Source: the human T2T-CHM13v2.0 reference genome, Homo sapiens. Taken from it: a stretch of DNA of 64,000 bases. How positions within the stretch are numbered: the first letter of the stretch is position 1; each line of letters opens with the position of its first letter. The stretch lies in the NCBI RefSeq assembly GCF_009914755.1, contig NC_060939.1. One strand, written 5' to 3'. Below the pieces are notes generated by a model. That model was not told where the DNA came from. It did no database searches and worked only from the letters and a program-made list of their open reading frames with translations. The translations under genes and the position numbers were made by a program. Of the stretch, positions 27,991-41,336 are shown in pieces.

Positions 27991-28416
27991 GTCCTGTTCC
28001 CATTTCCATCCTCATTACCGTGGCTAGACTCGGTGATTGACATGTGCACCTGATGATCACCCTCTGTGTTCCTCACAGACTCAGCTCTTGCTTAATCCCC
28101 ACTGCCCCCCATATCCTCCGGCTCCTACCCCGGCTTTGGCCTCTTGAACTTGAACCCAGTGGCACCTGGCCCAGCCAGCATCCCAGCCTGACTGGCCATG
28201 ATGCTTCCAGTTTCTGTTTCTATTATAGAATCGCATATCCCTACAGCTTCCAGGGGAAAAAAAAATCTGTCAAAGGCTTTCAGAACAAGAGAGTGTTTCA
28301 CACTAAGGTAGAAAACAGTAGTAAAATCTATCTCATAAAATTCACATATAATTAAGTGATAGATATAATTTTACAACTCTGTGAATTTTCTTACTGGAAA
28401 TCATTTTGTATCCTTA

Positions 28417-28788
28417 CGTAATGGACTGCATGTTTGTATTCCACCATACCCCCAAAATTCATATGTTGAAATCCTAACCCCCAGTGGTGATCGTATTAGG
28501 CAGTGGAGCCTTTGGGAGAGAATTAAGTCATAAGGATGGAACCCTTATAAATGGGATTACTGCCTTTATTAAACAGATCCCAGAGATCTTCCTGCTCTCT
28601 GCCATGTGAGGTTCCAACAAGAAGAGGGGCCATCTGCAAGCCAGGAAGCAGGCCTCACTCAACATCTGACCCTGCTGGCACCTCAACTTTGGACTTCCAG
28701 CCTCCAGAAACTTCAGAAATAAATGTCTGTTGTTTGAGCCACCCAATCTATGCTAGTTTTGTTATAGCAGCCCAAACTGACTAAGACA
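28417..28788 (+). mobile_element. MLT1A-like solo LTR
   Basis: cccccaaaattcatatgttgaaatcctaacccc...gcagcccaaactgactaagaca. TSD CCTTA at 28412-28416 and 28789-28793. Confidence 0.92.
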
Positions 28789-29808
28789 CCTTACACAGAG
28801 AGAAAATGTCCATTAACCAAAATTTTTAGGACATGGGGCTCTCTAGGTAAATTGAGATTTTGTTGTTGTTGTTAATTGATTATCAAAAAACTTCCTTTTG
28901 TCTGCTGCCATTATTATAAAAAAATTTTCTTAGATGGATAAATCCATGTTCCCACCTCTGAAATTAAACTGAACTTGACTGATCTTTCATTTGATAAGAG
29001 TCTTACTGTTCCCCAGAGTCCATTTTATGAATATGTCTTTTTTGATATTTATTATTTTCAACATAGACTATGTAGGAGATTAGGGGATATTTCTGATTTT
29101 TGTTTTCATGTGCATATACCTAAAGTATTTCGCCCTTCAGAGGTGACTCTTCTTAATGTGAACTGAAGAATAAAAGAAGTTCATAGGTGTTGTTTGTGTA
29201 TCAATCATTGCACTGCTTCACTTCCACTCATCCTTTTGCTTCTATCTAGAAACATGATCCTGCTAACTATTCCCTCCCCTCTGTAGCTTTTTCTGTTTTC
29301 CCCTCTCTGACTCTCAGGCAGAATGACTTCTCCCTTCTCGGTGTCCTCATAACACCCTATGTAGCATTTATAACCTCGTCTCATAGTTACTGATCTACAA
29401 ACCACTTCCCTGCTCGCCTCATTTCTCCTCACTCCCTCCTTTGCCCTGACATCATCCGATGCTTTTAATCCCTAAACGTCTTCAGCACCTCCACATGTGG
29501 TGCCCATAGACTCCACTTTGATATGAATAACATGGTCCCATGAGGCAAGGGGGGGTGCTAAGGATGACACCAGAGTTCTAAGGCAGAGCCTGCCAATCTT
29601 TGCTTAACTGACATCAGCGAAAGTATTCATAGAACGTTAGAGCTGAATGCAATTTGAGAGAACCTGAACCTCTCAGTTTATACATGACATCCAAGCCCAG
29701 GCAGGTGAAGTTTCTCACCCACTATCACCACACCATGGTTTGAACTCAGGACTTCTAATCTTGAGTCCATCATTCTTTCTATCTCATCTGTCACACTAGG
29801 CCTTTCTT

Positions 29809-30123
<315 letters not shown>

Positions 30124-31959
30124 ACACTAGGCCTTTCTTATCCAGACATATGTCAATTTGGGCACAAAATAAGACAAGCTGTTAATGATGAAGGTAGGTG
30201 CTTTGATACATGTTGAATGCTAAATACATTAGCACCAATATTTCATATGTAAACAATACAAGCAGACCTACCAAAGCACGCTACACATGACCCAAACTTG
30301 TATTGGGAATCTAAGCAGAGGATAATCTACTATTAATGCTTTTGTGAATTCTGCCAGAATAGTGATACTCTTGTCACATTCCCAAAACACATTTTGTACA
30401 GCTTTGTCTCTAAGGCAACACAGAAGAGTGGAGTTTACTGATGCTAACCTGAAGACCAATAACTTTTTCTTCCTGCTATGACATAGAAATGAAATGAAAG
30501 AAAAATACCAAAGCTGGAGTAAAACAATTACAAAATGACAGGCTGATAAAGAAACTTTTATGCAGTATATTTGTCAGTTAGTCAATCTAAGTGAAACAAC
30601 AGCAATGTTTCAAATACATATGCAAAACAAACTAAGCAAACAAATAATAAATTACTAGCAGTAAGTACTTTAGGAGAGTCAAGGGTTTTTCCCAGCTGCA
30701 GGCAAATGTCTAGGTTAAAATATGGAGGCTAGAGCTGACCTGCGTAGTCTAGAAGGCACAGAGGGCGTACTAAGCAGTGTTTGAGAAATAAAGCTATGAG
30801 TAAAAACAAGTCACCTATGTCCTCAAGTCCAAGGACTAAATATGGCGGAACCCCATAAACCATATGGAAAATGAAGAGTCAGGATGGGAGTAGGATTGTC
30901 CCCTCATGAAAGATAAGATGCTCACCACTTCCTCTTCCTGGGCTCAAAGCACATGGCCTATGGGAGAGATGCCCAAATTCAAAATTATAAGGCATGCAAA
31001 TTTCTAATACTTATATAGCCCAGTCCTCAGAAACTCATAAGCTTCCACAGTCTTCCATGATATCTAAATGAAGTATATGTATAAACTGAAGAATTAGTTG
31101 CTTTTTAATGCTGGCATCCAATTGCTATACAAGGAGGAAAGGACAGAAATCCACCCCCGGAATCTCTAGGGAAGAAACACCTATATGAAAAAAAGAAAAA
31201 AAAAATTTGAATTACATTATTGAACACAAACCAGGTTCCTGGTGGGAGTCTTTTGTCATTAGTGAAAAATCAGTTACCTATTAATATTGTCATTTTCTTT
31301 GAATAAAATCTGCTCAAATGGGCTATAGGAAGATATTCCTAATTTGCTTCCCTGGTTGGTGGCCGCCTGAAGAAGGAAAGTGGAACTGCTGCTCCCAGGA
31401 AATTAAGAGAGGCGGTGTCAGGGAGCTCAGTAGGAAGCTGATTTGAGACTGAAGTAATTGCCAAGGTGATTAATTATTCCTTTGAGTTGTACACAAGTGT
31501 TCCTTTCTCGCCTGCTCACTGGCAGGCTGACTTCAGAAGAGAAGCTTGCCCACACTGGTGGGTCCAGCTGCCCAGGCTCAGTCGGTCACACAGCCTCGTT
31601 TTCGCCTGCAGAGCAGTGGCCCGGAGATGTGGGACTTTCTCTTCCCTCCGGAGATCTGCTTGCCATGTCATCTTGTCACAGCTCCGACCATCTTTTTCTA
31701 AAAGAAACATTTTCTAAGAGAGTAATTCCTCCATACTTCCAAGATCTTTGTGAGAATATTTGCATTCAGGATGGGTCTTTTGCTATTAGGAAAGAGAGGC
31801 GGGGAGGGCATGAGCCTCAACCATAGTACTTGCTTTGAATTAAGGGTTTTATCAGTGTACCTGGATGGGATTCTCACCAATGCCCTGTCAAATTGGTTTA
31901 ATTTTCCGCATTCTACAGATAAAAGGAGCAGAGGTTAGCAAAGTAAGAATAGGCAGTCA

Positions 31960-32213
31960 CACTTTGGGAGGCTGAAGCAGCTGGATCACCTGAGATCAGG
32001 AGTTCGAGACCAGCCTGACCAGCATGGGGAAACTCCATCTCTACTAAAAATACAAAAATTAGCTGGGCATGGTGGTGGGCACCTGTAATCCCAGCTACTG
32101 GGGAGGCTGAAGTAGGAAAATTGGTTGAACTGGGGAGACAGGTTGCAGTGAGCCCAGATCATGCCATTGCACTCCAGCCTGGGTGACAGAGCAAGACTGT
32201 GTCGAAAAAAAAA
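31960..32213 (+). mobile_element. AluS lacking its first ~30 nt, lying within a MIR
   Basis: Begins at cactttgggagg and ends with a short A-tail; flanks are MIR-like. Confidence 0.9.
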
Positions 32214-32491
32214 GAATCTAAGCTCATACAACTAGGAGGAAGTGAGGCCAGAACTTAAGTCTTCCTGACCCCAGAACACGTCACCACTGCCTTCTATGAG
32301 ATCCCCTCCCTGATTAAATCACATTTCAACACAGAAGTGCCTTATTGAAGCTGACACACATGATCTTTTCCCAGAAAAAACAATAGAGAATCAATGAGGT
32401 ACAAAGGTGTGTCTGGAAAACATTTATCAGTTTTTGACTGAATAAATTGAAGGTTCTTGGAGGTTGTTTTCATTACATAATTCTCAAAGGC

Positions 32492-32793
32492 TTTTTTTTT
32501 TTTTTTTTTTTTTTTTCTGAGACAAGGTCTCATTCTTTCTCCCAGGCCGGAGTGCGGTGGTGCTATCAGAGCTCACTCCAACTTCCAACTCCTGGGCTCA
32601 GGAGACCTTCCTGCCTCAGCTTCCTGAGTAGCTGGGACTACAGGCGCGCACCACCATGCCTGGCTAATTTTTTTGTAGAGACAGGTTTTCTTTATATTGC
32701 ACAGGCTGGTCTCGAGCTCTTGGGCTCAAGTGATCTGTCCACCTAGGCCTCCCAGTGGGCTGGGATTACAGACCTGGGCCACCGCATGCAGCT
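32492..32793 (-). mobile_element. AluJ (Jo-like)
   Basis: Long T tract then J-type ctcctgggctcagg...cttgggctcaagtgatc. Confidence 0.92.
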
Positions 32794-32834
32794 CCTAAAG
32801 GACCATTTAAGAAGACAGATCAGTCAAGATACGA

Positions 32835-33540
32835 TAAGAGTGTAGTGGTTAAGAGCCTTGTTCTTGAAAACACCTTGCCTGGGTTTGCATCCCAGGTCTA
32901 ACAGTTGCTATGTGAGCAGCCCTGAGAAATAGACTGAAATACGGTTTCCTTCAGTTTTCTCAGCTGGGAAATGGATACGTTAAATAATACTGTTAAATAA
33001 AACTTATAGGAGGCCATCATTTTGGACTGATGTCCTGCATCAAGACCAACAGACCAAACCGAAACGCAGTTACTCATGCTGAAGACCCATGTCACCAAGC
33101 CAAAATGAAGTTGTTTATCTGATTCCACAAGACATCAGGAGAGAGAGAGGTGGTAGCCAAATCCCCAGACTAGTTTTAGCTAGCATGGTAAGAAAATACC
33201 TTCTGATATATCCTTTACATGAAAAGTAACTTTGAAAGGACCAATCTGCTTTTTGTTCTCTGTTTCTGCTCTCTTCAGCCCTTTTCTGGCTATAAAACCA
33301 ACTTTCTCTGCTCAGTTCATCAGGACACTCATTCTATTTTATAGAATAAGGCGCTGCCTTATTCTAGAATTACAAATAACAGCCAATGAAGATCTCTAAA
33401 CTAAATTTGTTGTAATTTTGTCTTTTGACAGTTCTTACCCCATAAAAGTGTTACGAGGGTTAAATGATACACAGGCAATGCTTACAACTGTGCCTGATAC
33501 ATAGCAACCACTCTATACATATCAGCTGTTTCTATCATCA
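32835..33540 (+). mobile_element. MIR split by an ERV1 LTR
   Basis: gtgtagtggttaagagc...ctgggtttgcatccc...cagttttctcagctgggaaatgg on the left; gagggttaaatga...tgtgcctgatacatag on the right. Confidence 0.75.
32991..33430 (+). mobile_element. ERV1-class solo LTR (MER31-like)
   Basis: TG...CA ends (tgttaaataaaacttataggaggcc...aaatttgttgtaattttgtcttttgaca), internal CCAAT and TATAAA, degenerate 4-bp TSD atac/gttc. Confidence 0.8.
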
Positions 33541-33659
33541 TAGCAGTAGTAAAAATGAATACTCTAACGCATAAAAATAAACTTTTGGCTAAAAATCAGT
33601 GACAGAAAAAAAAAACAGAGAAATCAGGGCAGGAAAAAAAATAATTGATTCAACTGCAA

Positions 33660-34030
33660 TTTAAGTAAAGATCTGGAAGTTTGAGTTGACCATTAGCTAA
33701 ATATGAGCCAAAAGTCTGATGTAATTATTTTAAAAGGTAGTGACGGCAATAAGAAGGCACATGCATAGAAGCAGAGAGCCTTGTGAGTCTTCTGTCTTCT
33801 GCTCCTGTTGATCAGCCTTGAGCTTCAGATGGTTTCATTTCTGGGCAAAGTACCCTAAGTAGGAAATTAATAATCTCAAACTAGAATGTGTCCAGAGGAG
33901 AGAGAGCAAGAGGATAAAAGGTCTGACAGCCACTCCGTTTAAGGAATACTTGATGAACACAGGGAGGTTGAATTTAGAGACATGACAAGAAGAAAAATCT
34001 TGACTCACTGTTCAAGAGCGTGTTTTACCC
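33660..34030 (+). mobile_element. L3/CR1 LINE ORF2 remnant
   Basis: Translates as KDLEV*VDH*LNMSQ...KLECVQRRESKRIKGL, matching CR1 ORF2 C-terminal motifs (KDLGVLVD.KL.MSQ; KLERVQRRATRMV.GL). Confidence 0.8.
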
Positions 34031-34232
34031 AGTACAGCTGTCCAGCTATGAAACAGGCTGTTCTGGTTGCTCTTGAGCCCCCATCTCTGAGAGTATGAAG
34101 TTGAAGAAGTTGAAAAAGAACTCGCCCCATAGATTTTGCCAAGATTGTTGATGAAAACCTGAATTGCATAAACTGTTTGAAACATCTTACCATCCCTGAT
34201 ATTTTCTGATTTTATGACAGAGAGATAAACCT

Positions 34233-34500
<268 letters not shown>

Positions 34501-34539
34501 ATAAACCTTCCATAGCCACCTGCGTCCGGTAACCAGCCT

Positions 34540-35262
34540 CCGCTTCTCAACAGACACACCGTATTAAACCGGTACTCTCCATTCCTTCTGATTTCGGTGA
34601 GAACAGAGTTTCCCCCACCAGTCAGTATGCTGATCACCAGGATACCCATGGACTTCTGCTTCTTTCCAATGAGCTGGACACTTGCCAACAACCAGGTGTA
34701 TTTGTCCCCGTTTCTAGTTAAACTGGCTGCATCTGTTACTGTAATTGCTTAGTTTCATTAAACATTATGTAAACTGGTGAAATATTAGTGTTAGAAGAAA
34801 GCAAGATGTTGTGTCTATGAAAACTAAGTTGAATGCTTTGGAAAGATTTGATGAAAGCGATTTGCTAAAAAGTAATTGCTGTTAAATTAGGTGTGAGTTA
34901 GACAAATGTATAAGATTGGGAAAGATCATTAAAATTTAGATGGATTCTCTTTTAAGATTGCTCTGCAAGTCTTTAAGTTCCTGCTCCACTTTGTAGAAAC
35001 TGAAAATCGTGGATGCTGCTTAATGGATGTGATTTATGCAGAATGACGATGCAGAACTATGATCAGCAGGCCCGTATGCAGACAGAAAGCCTTGGCCCTC
35101 TATCAAAGGACTGACAAATTAGAGATCAAATTTTATATGTTTCAAGTTAAAAAGTTTAATATATGACATTTCTTTTTTATGAGTCTCTATTGTGATTTGA
35201 TTTTTAAATTTGCCACTGACCATCTACCAGCCATAATTCCATAGACAAAAAGGCTACTATTG
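34540..35262 (+). mobile_element. TcMar-Tigger DNA transposon fossil (Tigger13-like)
   Basis: From 34817, a decayed N-terminal HTH reads MKTKLNALERFDES / IAVKLGVS*TNV*DW; later cagaaagccttggccctc (KALAL), typical of pogo/CENP-B-type transposases. Confidence 0.75.
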
Positions 35263-37109
35263 TTCAGTAAAATGACAGCCAAGTGACCAGAAGGCGGGTT
35301 CTGCTATAACTGTTAGAATGACTGGCACGGAAGACTTTGACTCTAGAAATCCAGGGTGGGCAAAGGCTGGGACAGGGCATTTCTGTTCTGGAGATATACA
35401 GTGTGGTGAGTAGTGTTGAGCAAGATGAAACAGGCAACCAGGAAGGCTGGAGGGCATGGGTCAAAGAAGCAAGTTTAAGATTCATTCCATGAGACGAGAG
35501 GTGAGTAGGGTGAAGTCACTACCAAATACTAGATGCCCTCATCAAATGAGCAGTGGAAGTTTATGAAATGTAGCTGAGAAATAGCCAAAATCAGGCCCTG
35601 AGACAAGCGAGAGAGGGAGAAGAGAGAGATGCAAGGTGCAGACACTCAATGGCTTTATCCAAATCCGTAAGATAGTGCAAGTCTGACCCCACCGCTCCAA
35701 ATAGAGTGCTGGTGTCTCAGAAGTGTCCTAAAGCACCTGTCTGTAGGACCAGTTCTTTGTCTTGATGTCGAAATAGCATTTGATAAAGAGGCAGCAGAAC
35801 TGAGTGGCGTGGGTTCCACGGTCCAGCATTGCTAAGATCTTAAACAGATCTCCCGATGAGAAGATGAGACTCCTAATCTCACCACTTCTCCCCACTCCCA
35901 ATGGTGAATTGCCACGTCCTCATCTTCCTTCAGTGGAAGTCCTAGGAATCAACAGAACAACTTATGTAAAAACATATGAAAAATGCACTTTGGATGCAGT
36001 AAATAGATGTAAGCTTTTACTATTGTTTGCAAAGATTTGGTGCTGGAACCTTCATTTTGCAATTCACTTCAAATAGTATTGCCTGTCCGGTATGGAAAGT
36101 GTAAACTAAGATGGAGTACAAGCTGGCAGAACCCTGGCAATGAGAAGATTCCTAATTATTTTTAAAAGTACTGATGTTACTGTGAACTTGATCATTGCCA
36201 TTTTAGAACTAGTTAAGCTACACTTAATGCTTCCAAACCACAGGGCTAGGTTTTTGTCTTGTTTTGTTTTTTCCTTGACTGTTCTATTGCCAGTTCTTTT
36301 GATTTAATTAAAATATTTCTATTTTGTTGCAAGGGTAAATATAATGCAAGATGTACTGCAAATTGAATAAAATAGATGGAAGTATGAGGCAGATCTGGGA
36401 TTCCAATCTCAGCTCCAACATTATTAGCTGTGAGAACCCGAGCAAGTAAGTTTTCTACCTACGTGATCCCTGGTTTCTTTGCTTCTAAAAGAGGTGATAG
36501 CAAAGCTAACCTCAAAGGATTTTATGAAGATTAAATAGGCTCATCGTAATATATGTAATTTGCCAAGTATGATTCTGTGCAAAAAATAAATAGGCATTAA
36601 AAATTAGTAGTATCAGTATTATTCAATTTACAAATGAAATGTTTATATACTTGGTGTAAGAAAACAGGATTATCCTTCCAAATTAAATTACGAGGGAATT
36701 AGTCACTTTATGAAATGCATTTTTATTTTCCATAGGAATTCATTGTTTGATGGCTCCTTCTAATGCATAGCTCTTCTATAGCCCTTCAAATATCATTTGA
36801 CTTACAATTATCAGATAAACACCAATTATATATAATAATATATGGCATAACAGTTTAAAGAAGTTATGTGTGAAAATCAACATCAATATCTCATAGCAAA
36901 TCATGTTAAGGCTGAGATTGGAATCCCCTATCTGCCTTAGACTTCCACCTATTTTATTTCAACCTTCTGTCATTGGAAGGCAGGTATACTTTACTCAAAA
37001 GCTCAGACTGTAGAGGAGGGCAACAAGGATGAACATTGAGAATGGAAATAGCTCAGCTTGCAAGACAGGCTCAAAGTAATGGTGAAATGGTGTGAGGCAG
37101 ATGTTTAAT

Positions 37110-37680
37110 GATTTATTCAATCATTCACACGTGGTTATTTAGCATGTACTATGTGTCAGGCACTGTTGTAAGTGCTGGAAATGAAGCTAAGAATGAAGCA
37201 CTTACAGTGCCTGCAGTGTTCATTTCTAGCTGTGGAAAGACATGCAACAAACACAAAAATATATGCATAAGTGCAGACTGTGGTAAGTGTTATGAAGAAG
37301 ATAAAATAGAGCATTGAGAATGAGTGACTTGGGGCTTAGGGAGGAGAGTGGGAGATCAGGGACAGTCTCTTCCAGAAATGACTTACAAGGTGAAGCCTGA
37401 ATGATGCGAAAGAACTTGCCATGGAACAATTTGGGGGAAGGGTGCTCCAAACCAGGGGAAAGGCATTCAAAGAGCCCACAGTGGGACAAAGTGAGGTGGA
37501 AGGAAAGCCAGTTTGGCTGGAGCAAAATAATGAAGGGGGAGTGATAGGAGTTGAGGTCACAGAGCTAGGTTGGGACCCAGTCCTATAGCCATAGTCCTGT
37601 AGCTCCAGTAGGGGTTCCCAGTAAGCACTCAATGGGACCTTGAAGGAAGATGTGGGGTCTGAGCTTGTTTGAGGAGAAAA
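37110..37680 (-). mobile_element. L2 3' region
   Basis: tttattcaatcattca...tactatgtgtcaggcactgttgtaagtgctgg...gaaagccagtttggctggagca...gaggtcacagag. Confidence 0.8.
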
Positions 37681-38007
37681 TAGTGGAGAAGGAAGAGCAA
37701 TATATCCAAAGACACAGAAATAGTATAACTGTGACCACTTCATGGCAAAGCGAGCAGCCGGATTTGACTGGCCTGAAGGGCAGAGAGATAAAACATAGAC
37801 ATAGATTAGGGTAAGAGTAAGGGGAATCCCAAACTGACAGCAATGTGGCCTCACAAAGCAGGGGATGAGACTGACTGTAGGTTCATGATCAGAAGGGTAT
37901 GTGATAAAACTGTCTATTCATGTAGGAAGAGCTCAGCTGGGCAGAACAGGTGCAACAGAGAGGGTGAAAGACTGAAGTCAGGTGGGTCAGCAAAGATGAG
38001 CCTGAGT

Positions 38008-38197
38008 CAGTGCTCTTGAATTTCAGTGGGTATCCAAACCCCCAGAAAGGCTTGTTAAAATTCACAGAGTGCTGGCACTTGTCCCAAGAGCTTCTGAGTC
38101 AGTAGATATGAGGCGGAGCCTGAGAATGTGCATTTCTAACAAGTTACTGGAGAATGCTGATGCAGCTGGTGTGAGCGCTACACTTTGAGGACCCTGG
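38008..38197 (+). mobile_element. MER5A hAT-Charlie MITE
   Basis: ggcttgttaaaa...ttctgagtcagtag...gcctgagaatgtgcatttctaacaagtt...gctgatgcagctgg...cactttgag. Confidence 0.8.
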
Positions 38198-38214
38198 CAA
38201 GAAACAGCAGAAAC

Positions 38215-38440
38215 CAGTGGAAGGGAGAGGATTCAGGGTTAGGAGACCAGGCTTCGGAGCCCGACATTGCTACAAGAAGCTGTGTAGACCTGGGCGAGTC
38301 ACCTCATTTCCTGAGTTTCAGCATTCTCATCAGTAAATGGAAATGATACTAACTGTATCCAAAGACTTCTGCGAAGTTTAACTGAAATAATGTATTTAAG
38401 ACATGTAGCAGAGTGTGTCTGACAGAATAAATGCTTTTTA
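38215..38440 (+). mobile_element. MIR
   Basis: agctgtgtagacctgggcgagtcacctcatttcctgagtttcagcattctcatcagtaaatgg. Confidence 0.7.
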
Positions 38441-39599
38441 TTTGAGTTGAATCTGAAATGATGAAAATTTGGACTATATAAGAAATGGAGAGGAAGAGAT
38501 ATATTTAAGAGAAAAGGAAGACATTTCATGTGAGGTTGTTTTGTTTGTTTGTTAAATCCATGGCCCTCTTTTGCATGGTATTTGCCAGCTGGAGAGCACC
38601 GGAGTGTATTTGCAAGTTAATGCTGCATTTAAGTCCTAAGTGGAAGTTGGGTCATGAGAACAGCTAATAATTTCATAAATAATGACAACATTCTCTAGCA
38701 CATCATACATAATAGCTCTCAAATATTATAAATGTATCAGTGAGAAGACATGCATTATATGTTTAAAAGACATTTGAAATCATTCTTGATGTTTCATAGT
38801 GGTGAAATATTTGAATCAGAATTTATGCCTTAGGTTTCTGAGGAAGAATACTTGTTCAGTTGATAATTCTACAGGGAAAATCTTGGCTTCACATCTTGTT
38901 TCTGTTTCCCTTGACCTTACTTAGCAAAAGATAGAAAGAATTCTCCATAATTTTAAAAGTCTATATTTAATTTAAAAAACCTGTCTATCAGCTAGGCCAT
39001 TTCCTATGTATGTTCAATAATTAGTTCTTTTAATCTTCATGAGTTGGAAATCATTATCACCCACATGTAATAGATTGGGAAACTGAGGCATGAACATGAA
39101 GTGATTTGCCCAAGATTATAAAGCATATAAGAAACACAGTCAAGGTGTGAACCTTTACTGTCAGCTCCAATATCTGAACCCTTCCATCTCAGGCTGTCTT
39201 TCTCTATTCTGCTGGGATTTTCAATGTAGGAACTCATATTTTACAGGTCTCTTTAGATAAGCCCTTAAGAATTCAGAAGGTAGGAGATGAGAGTATAGAA
39301 AGATAACATGAATTAGTGAAGAAAATTCCAAAAAGGCAGGAAGAGTAAACACTATAGTGTAATTTTTAAAAAGTGACCTATCTATATGGAAAGCTGCTGC
39401 TCTTCTCTAGGTAGGTTGTCTATTAGAATGAAAGCCCCATAAAGAGGAAATTTTTGCTTTCGGTGATTTTTCCCCCACTCCCCCACTGATTAATGCCTAG
39501 CACCTAGAACACAGTTCCTGGAAAACAGCATGTGCTCAAGAAATATTTGTTGAATAAATAAATGCAGACTGCAAGAAGGTTATCCAAGTATAGCCAGGA

Positions 39600-39755
39600 T
39601 CTCAATATTTTGTTTTTAAAAGAAAAGCTGGATATCCAAAATTTGTATGCAATTTTCAGATTAATATGTCAGTTCATTTTTCAAAAAGGCTATGTGCGTG
39701 AATAATAACATGCTTATAAGCTGGGTTTGACCAGTGGGGAAGATTTGACCCTTGT
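39600..39755. mobile_element. hAT-Charlie remnant (MER103-like)
   Basis: gaaaagctggatatccaaaatttgtatgcaa...gctgggtttgaccagtggggaagatttgaccc; weak recollected similarity. Confidence 0.4.
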
Positions 39756-41220
39756 ACAGCTAATTGGAGACCCTACTCCTATAGTAAAAAGCCATTTACT
39801 ATGTGTGAATAGTAGATACTTAGAATGATGGTATGTTGATTCAGGCATTCTTATAGAATTAGATTTAGCATTTGAAAAAATCTCTGGATACAATTAAAAA
39901 ATCCATGCGAGAGCATGATTGGGTAGAACAAAATGTCTAAGTTGTGTTGCTGCATTTGCAAGTTATAATTTCAGTTATTGTACAGCTCTGCTTAACTTTA
40001 ATTTGTTTGGCATAGAAAAATACTTCCATGTCTTTGATTATATAAAGTAGTTTAGAAGATGCATTTAAGAAGTACTAATATGCCTTGAGCTGTATCATCC
40101 TCTTTTTAATTTCAAATGCCAGTAGCATGGGAAGGAAGCCAGTTTCTACCTGAAACACCAAGTCTGAGAAGCAAAAGAAAAACGTTTTGTGTAATTTATC
40201 ACCCTAATCCAACCAGCAGGATAGATCATTGCCTTGACTATTTTTCTAGGTCAAGTATTTTGACGATGTCCATATCCTTGAGCTCTAAAGATGCAGAGGA
40301 ACAAAAGAAAAGGTAACACCCTAGAAGCTGTGCTTCCACCCCTTATAAATGTACGGTGAATTAACTGACAAGCTAAATTTAGCATGAAGTGGGCAAAAGA
40401 ACACCTGACTTCAGAAAGATGCCTAGGAGAATAGAGAGAGCAGATTTTCTCTTAGTTATATTTGTAACTTGAGTTGAAATATTTGCAAAATAAATAAGAG
40501 ATGCAAATCATGGCAAAGACTGGAAGTTCTATCAAGCAGAAGCCAGGTAGAGAAATTTTCCTGGCATCTGAAGGTGAATCTTCTTTAGCTGAGCAAAGTC
40601 CTTGTGTGACCTGATGATTTCCCATCATTGCTGAGGGCTTGGTTCCTAGATACCAAACTTACTCCTTGCGCTTTATTGGTTTTGGCTCCTAGTGACCTCT
40701 TCTAGTAGAACAACTTTTAAAGTCCTGGAAGCCTCATCATTATCATTCACTTTGAGATGAGATTTTTTTTAAAAAAAGAGTTCAGCACAAAGAAAAGAGG
40801 TTGTTCCTAGCAACTCCACCAATGCAGCCAAAGTGAATGACTCAAGCAATCCAATAAAATGCATAAAGAGAAATGAATATCAGAAGCAAGAATTATAAGA
40901 TGCATATTAACTGATGCCTGATTACTTGAAATTAGCATATTGGGTCTTAGAATAAAAATGCTCAGGTTCTACTCTAGATTTTGTTAACTATTCCTAGCTC
41001 ATTGCTTACCTTTCATTTCCTGTAAAATCAGAATGATAATTGTTTTTACTTCTAGTGTTATCATAAGTACTAAATAAGATAATGCAAGGCAAGTACCTGC
41101 ACAGGATGTTCACTTGTTGGTTTATGTATTATCATTATTACCTTACCAGGTCAGGAAATGGATCAACAAACGCCTGCAAATTTAAAAAGAAAACACAACA
41201 GAGAATCCAGATATATTACC

Positions 41221-41336
41221 CAGGGCCACCATGTTGAACACTACCTAAGATGAACATCATACAGCTTCACACTGCACCATCCATATAAACCAGGACTTAA
41301 ATGGCACCCCCTGGAGTTGTACGTCGTGGCAGGCCA
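41221..41336. mobile_element. MER91-like hAT-Tip100 MITE
   Basis: cagggccacc start, aatggcaccccctggagttgt core, tggcaggcc end. Confidence 0.65.

Noticed and set aside
31484-31504. Glucocorticoid-response-like TGTACA...TGTTCC
   Set aside because: Spacer is 4 nt rather than the required 3.
37336-37854. Longest ORF (172 aa, - strand)
   Set aside because: Mostly within an L2 remnant; low-complexity S/P/L composition; non-ATG start.
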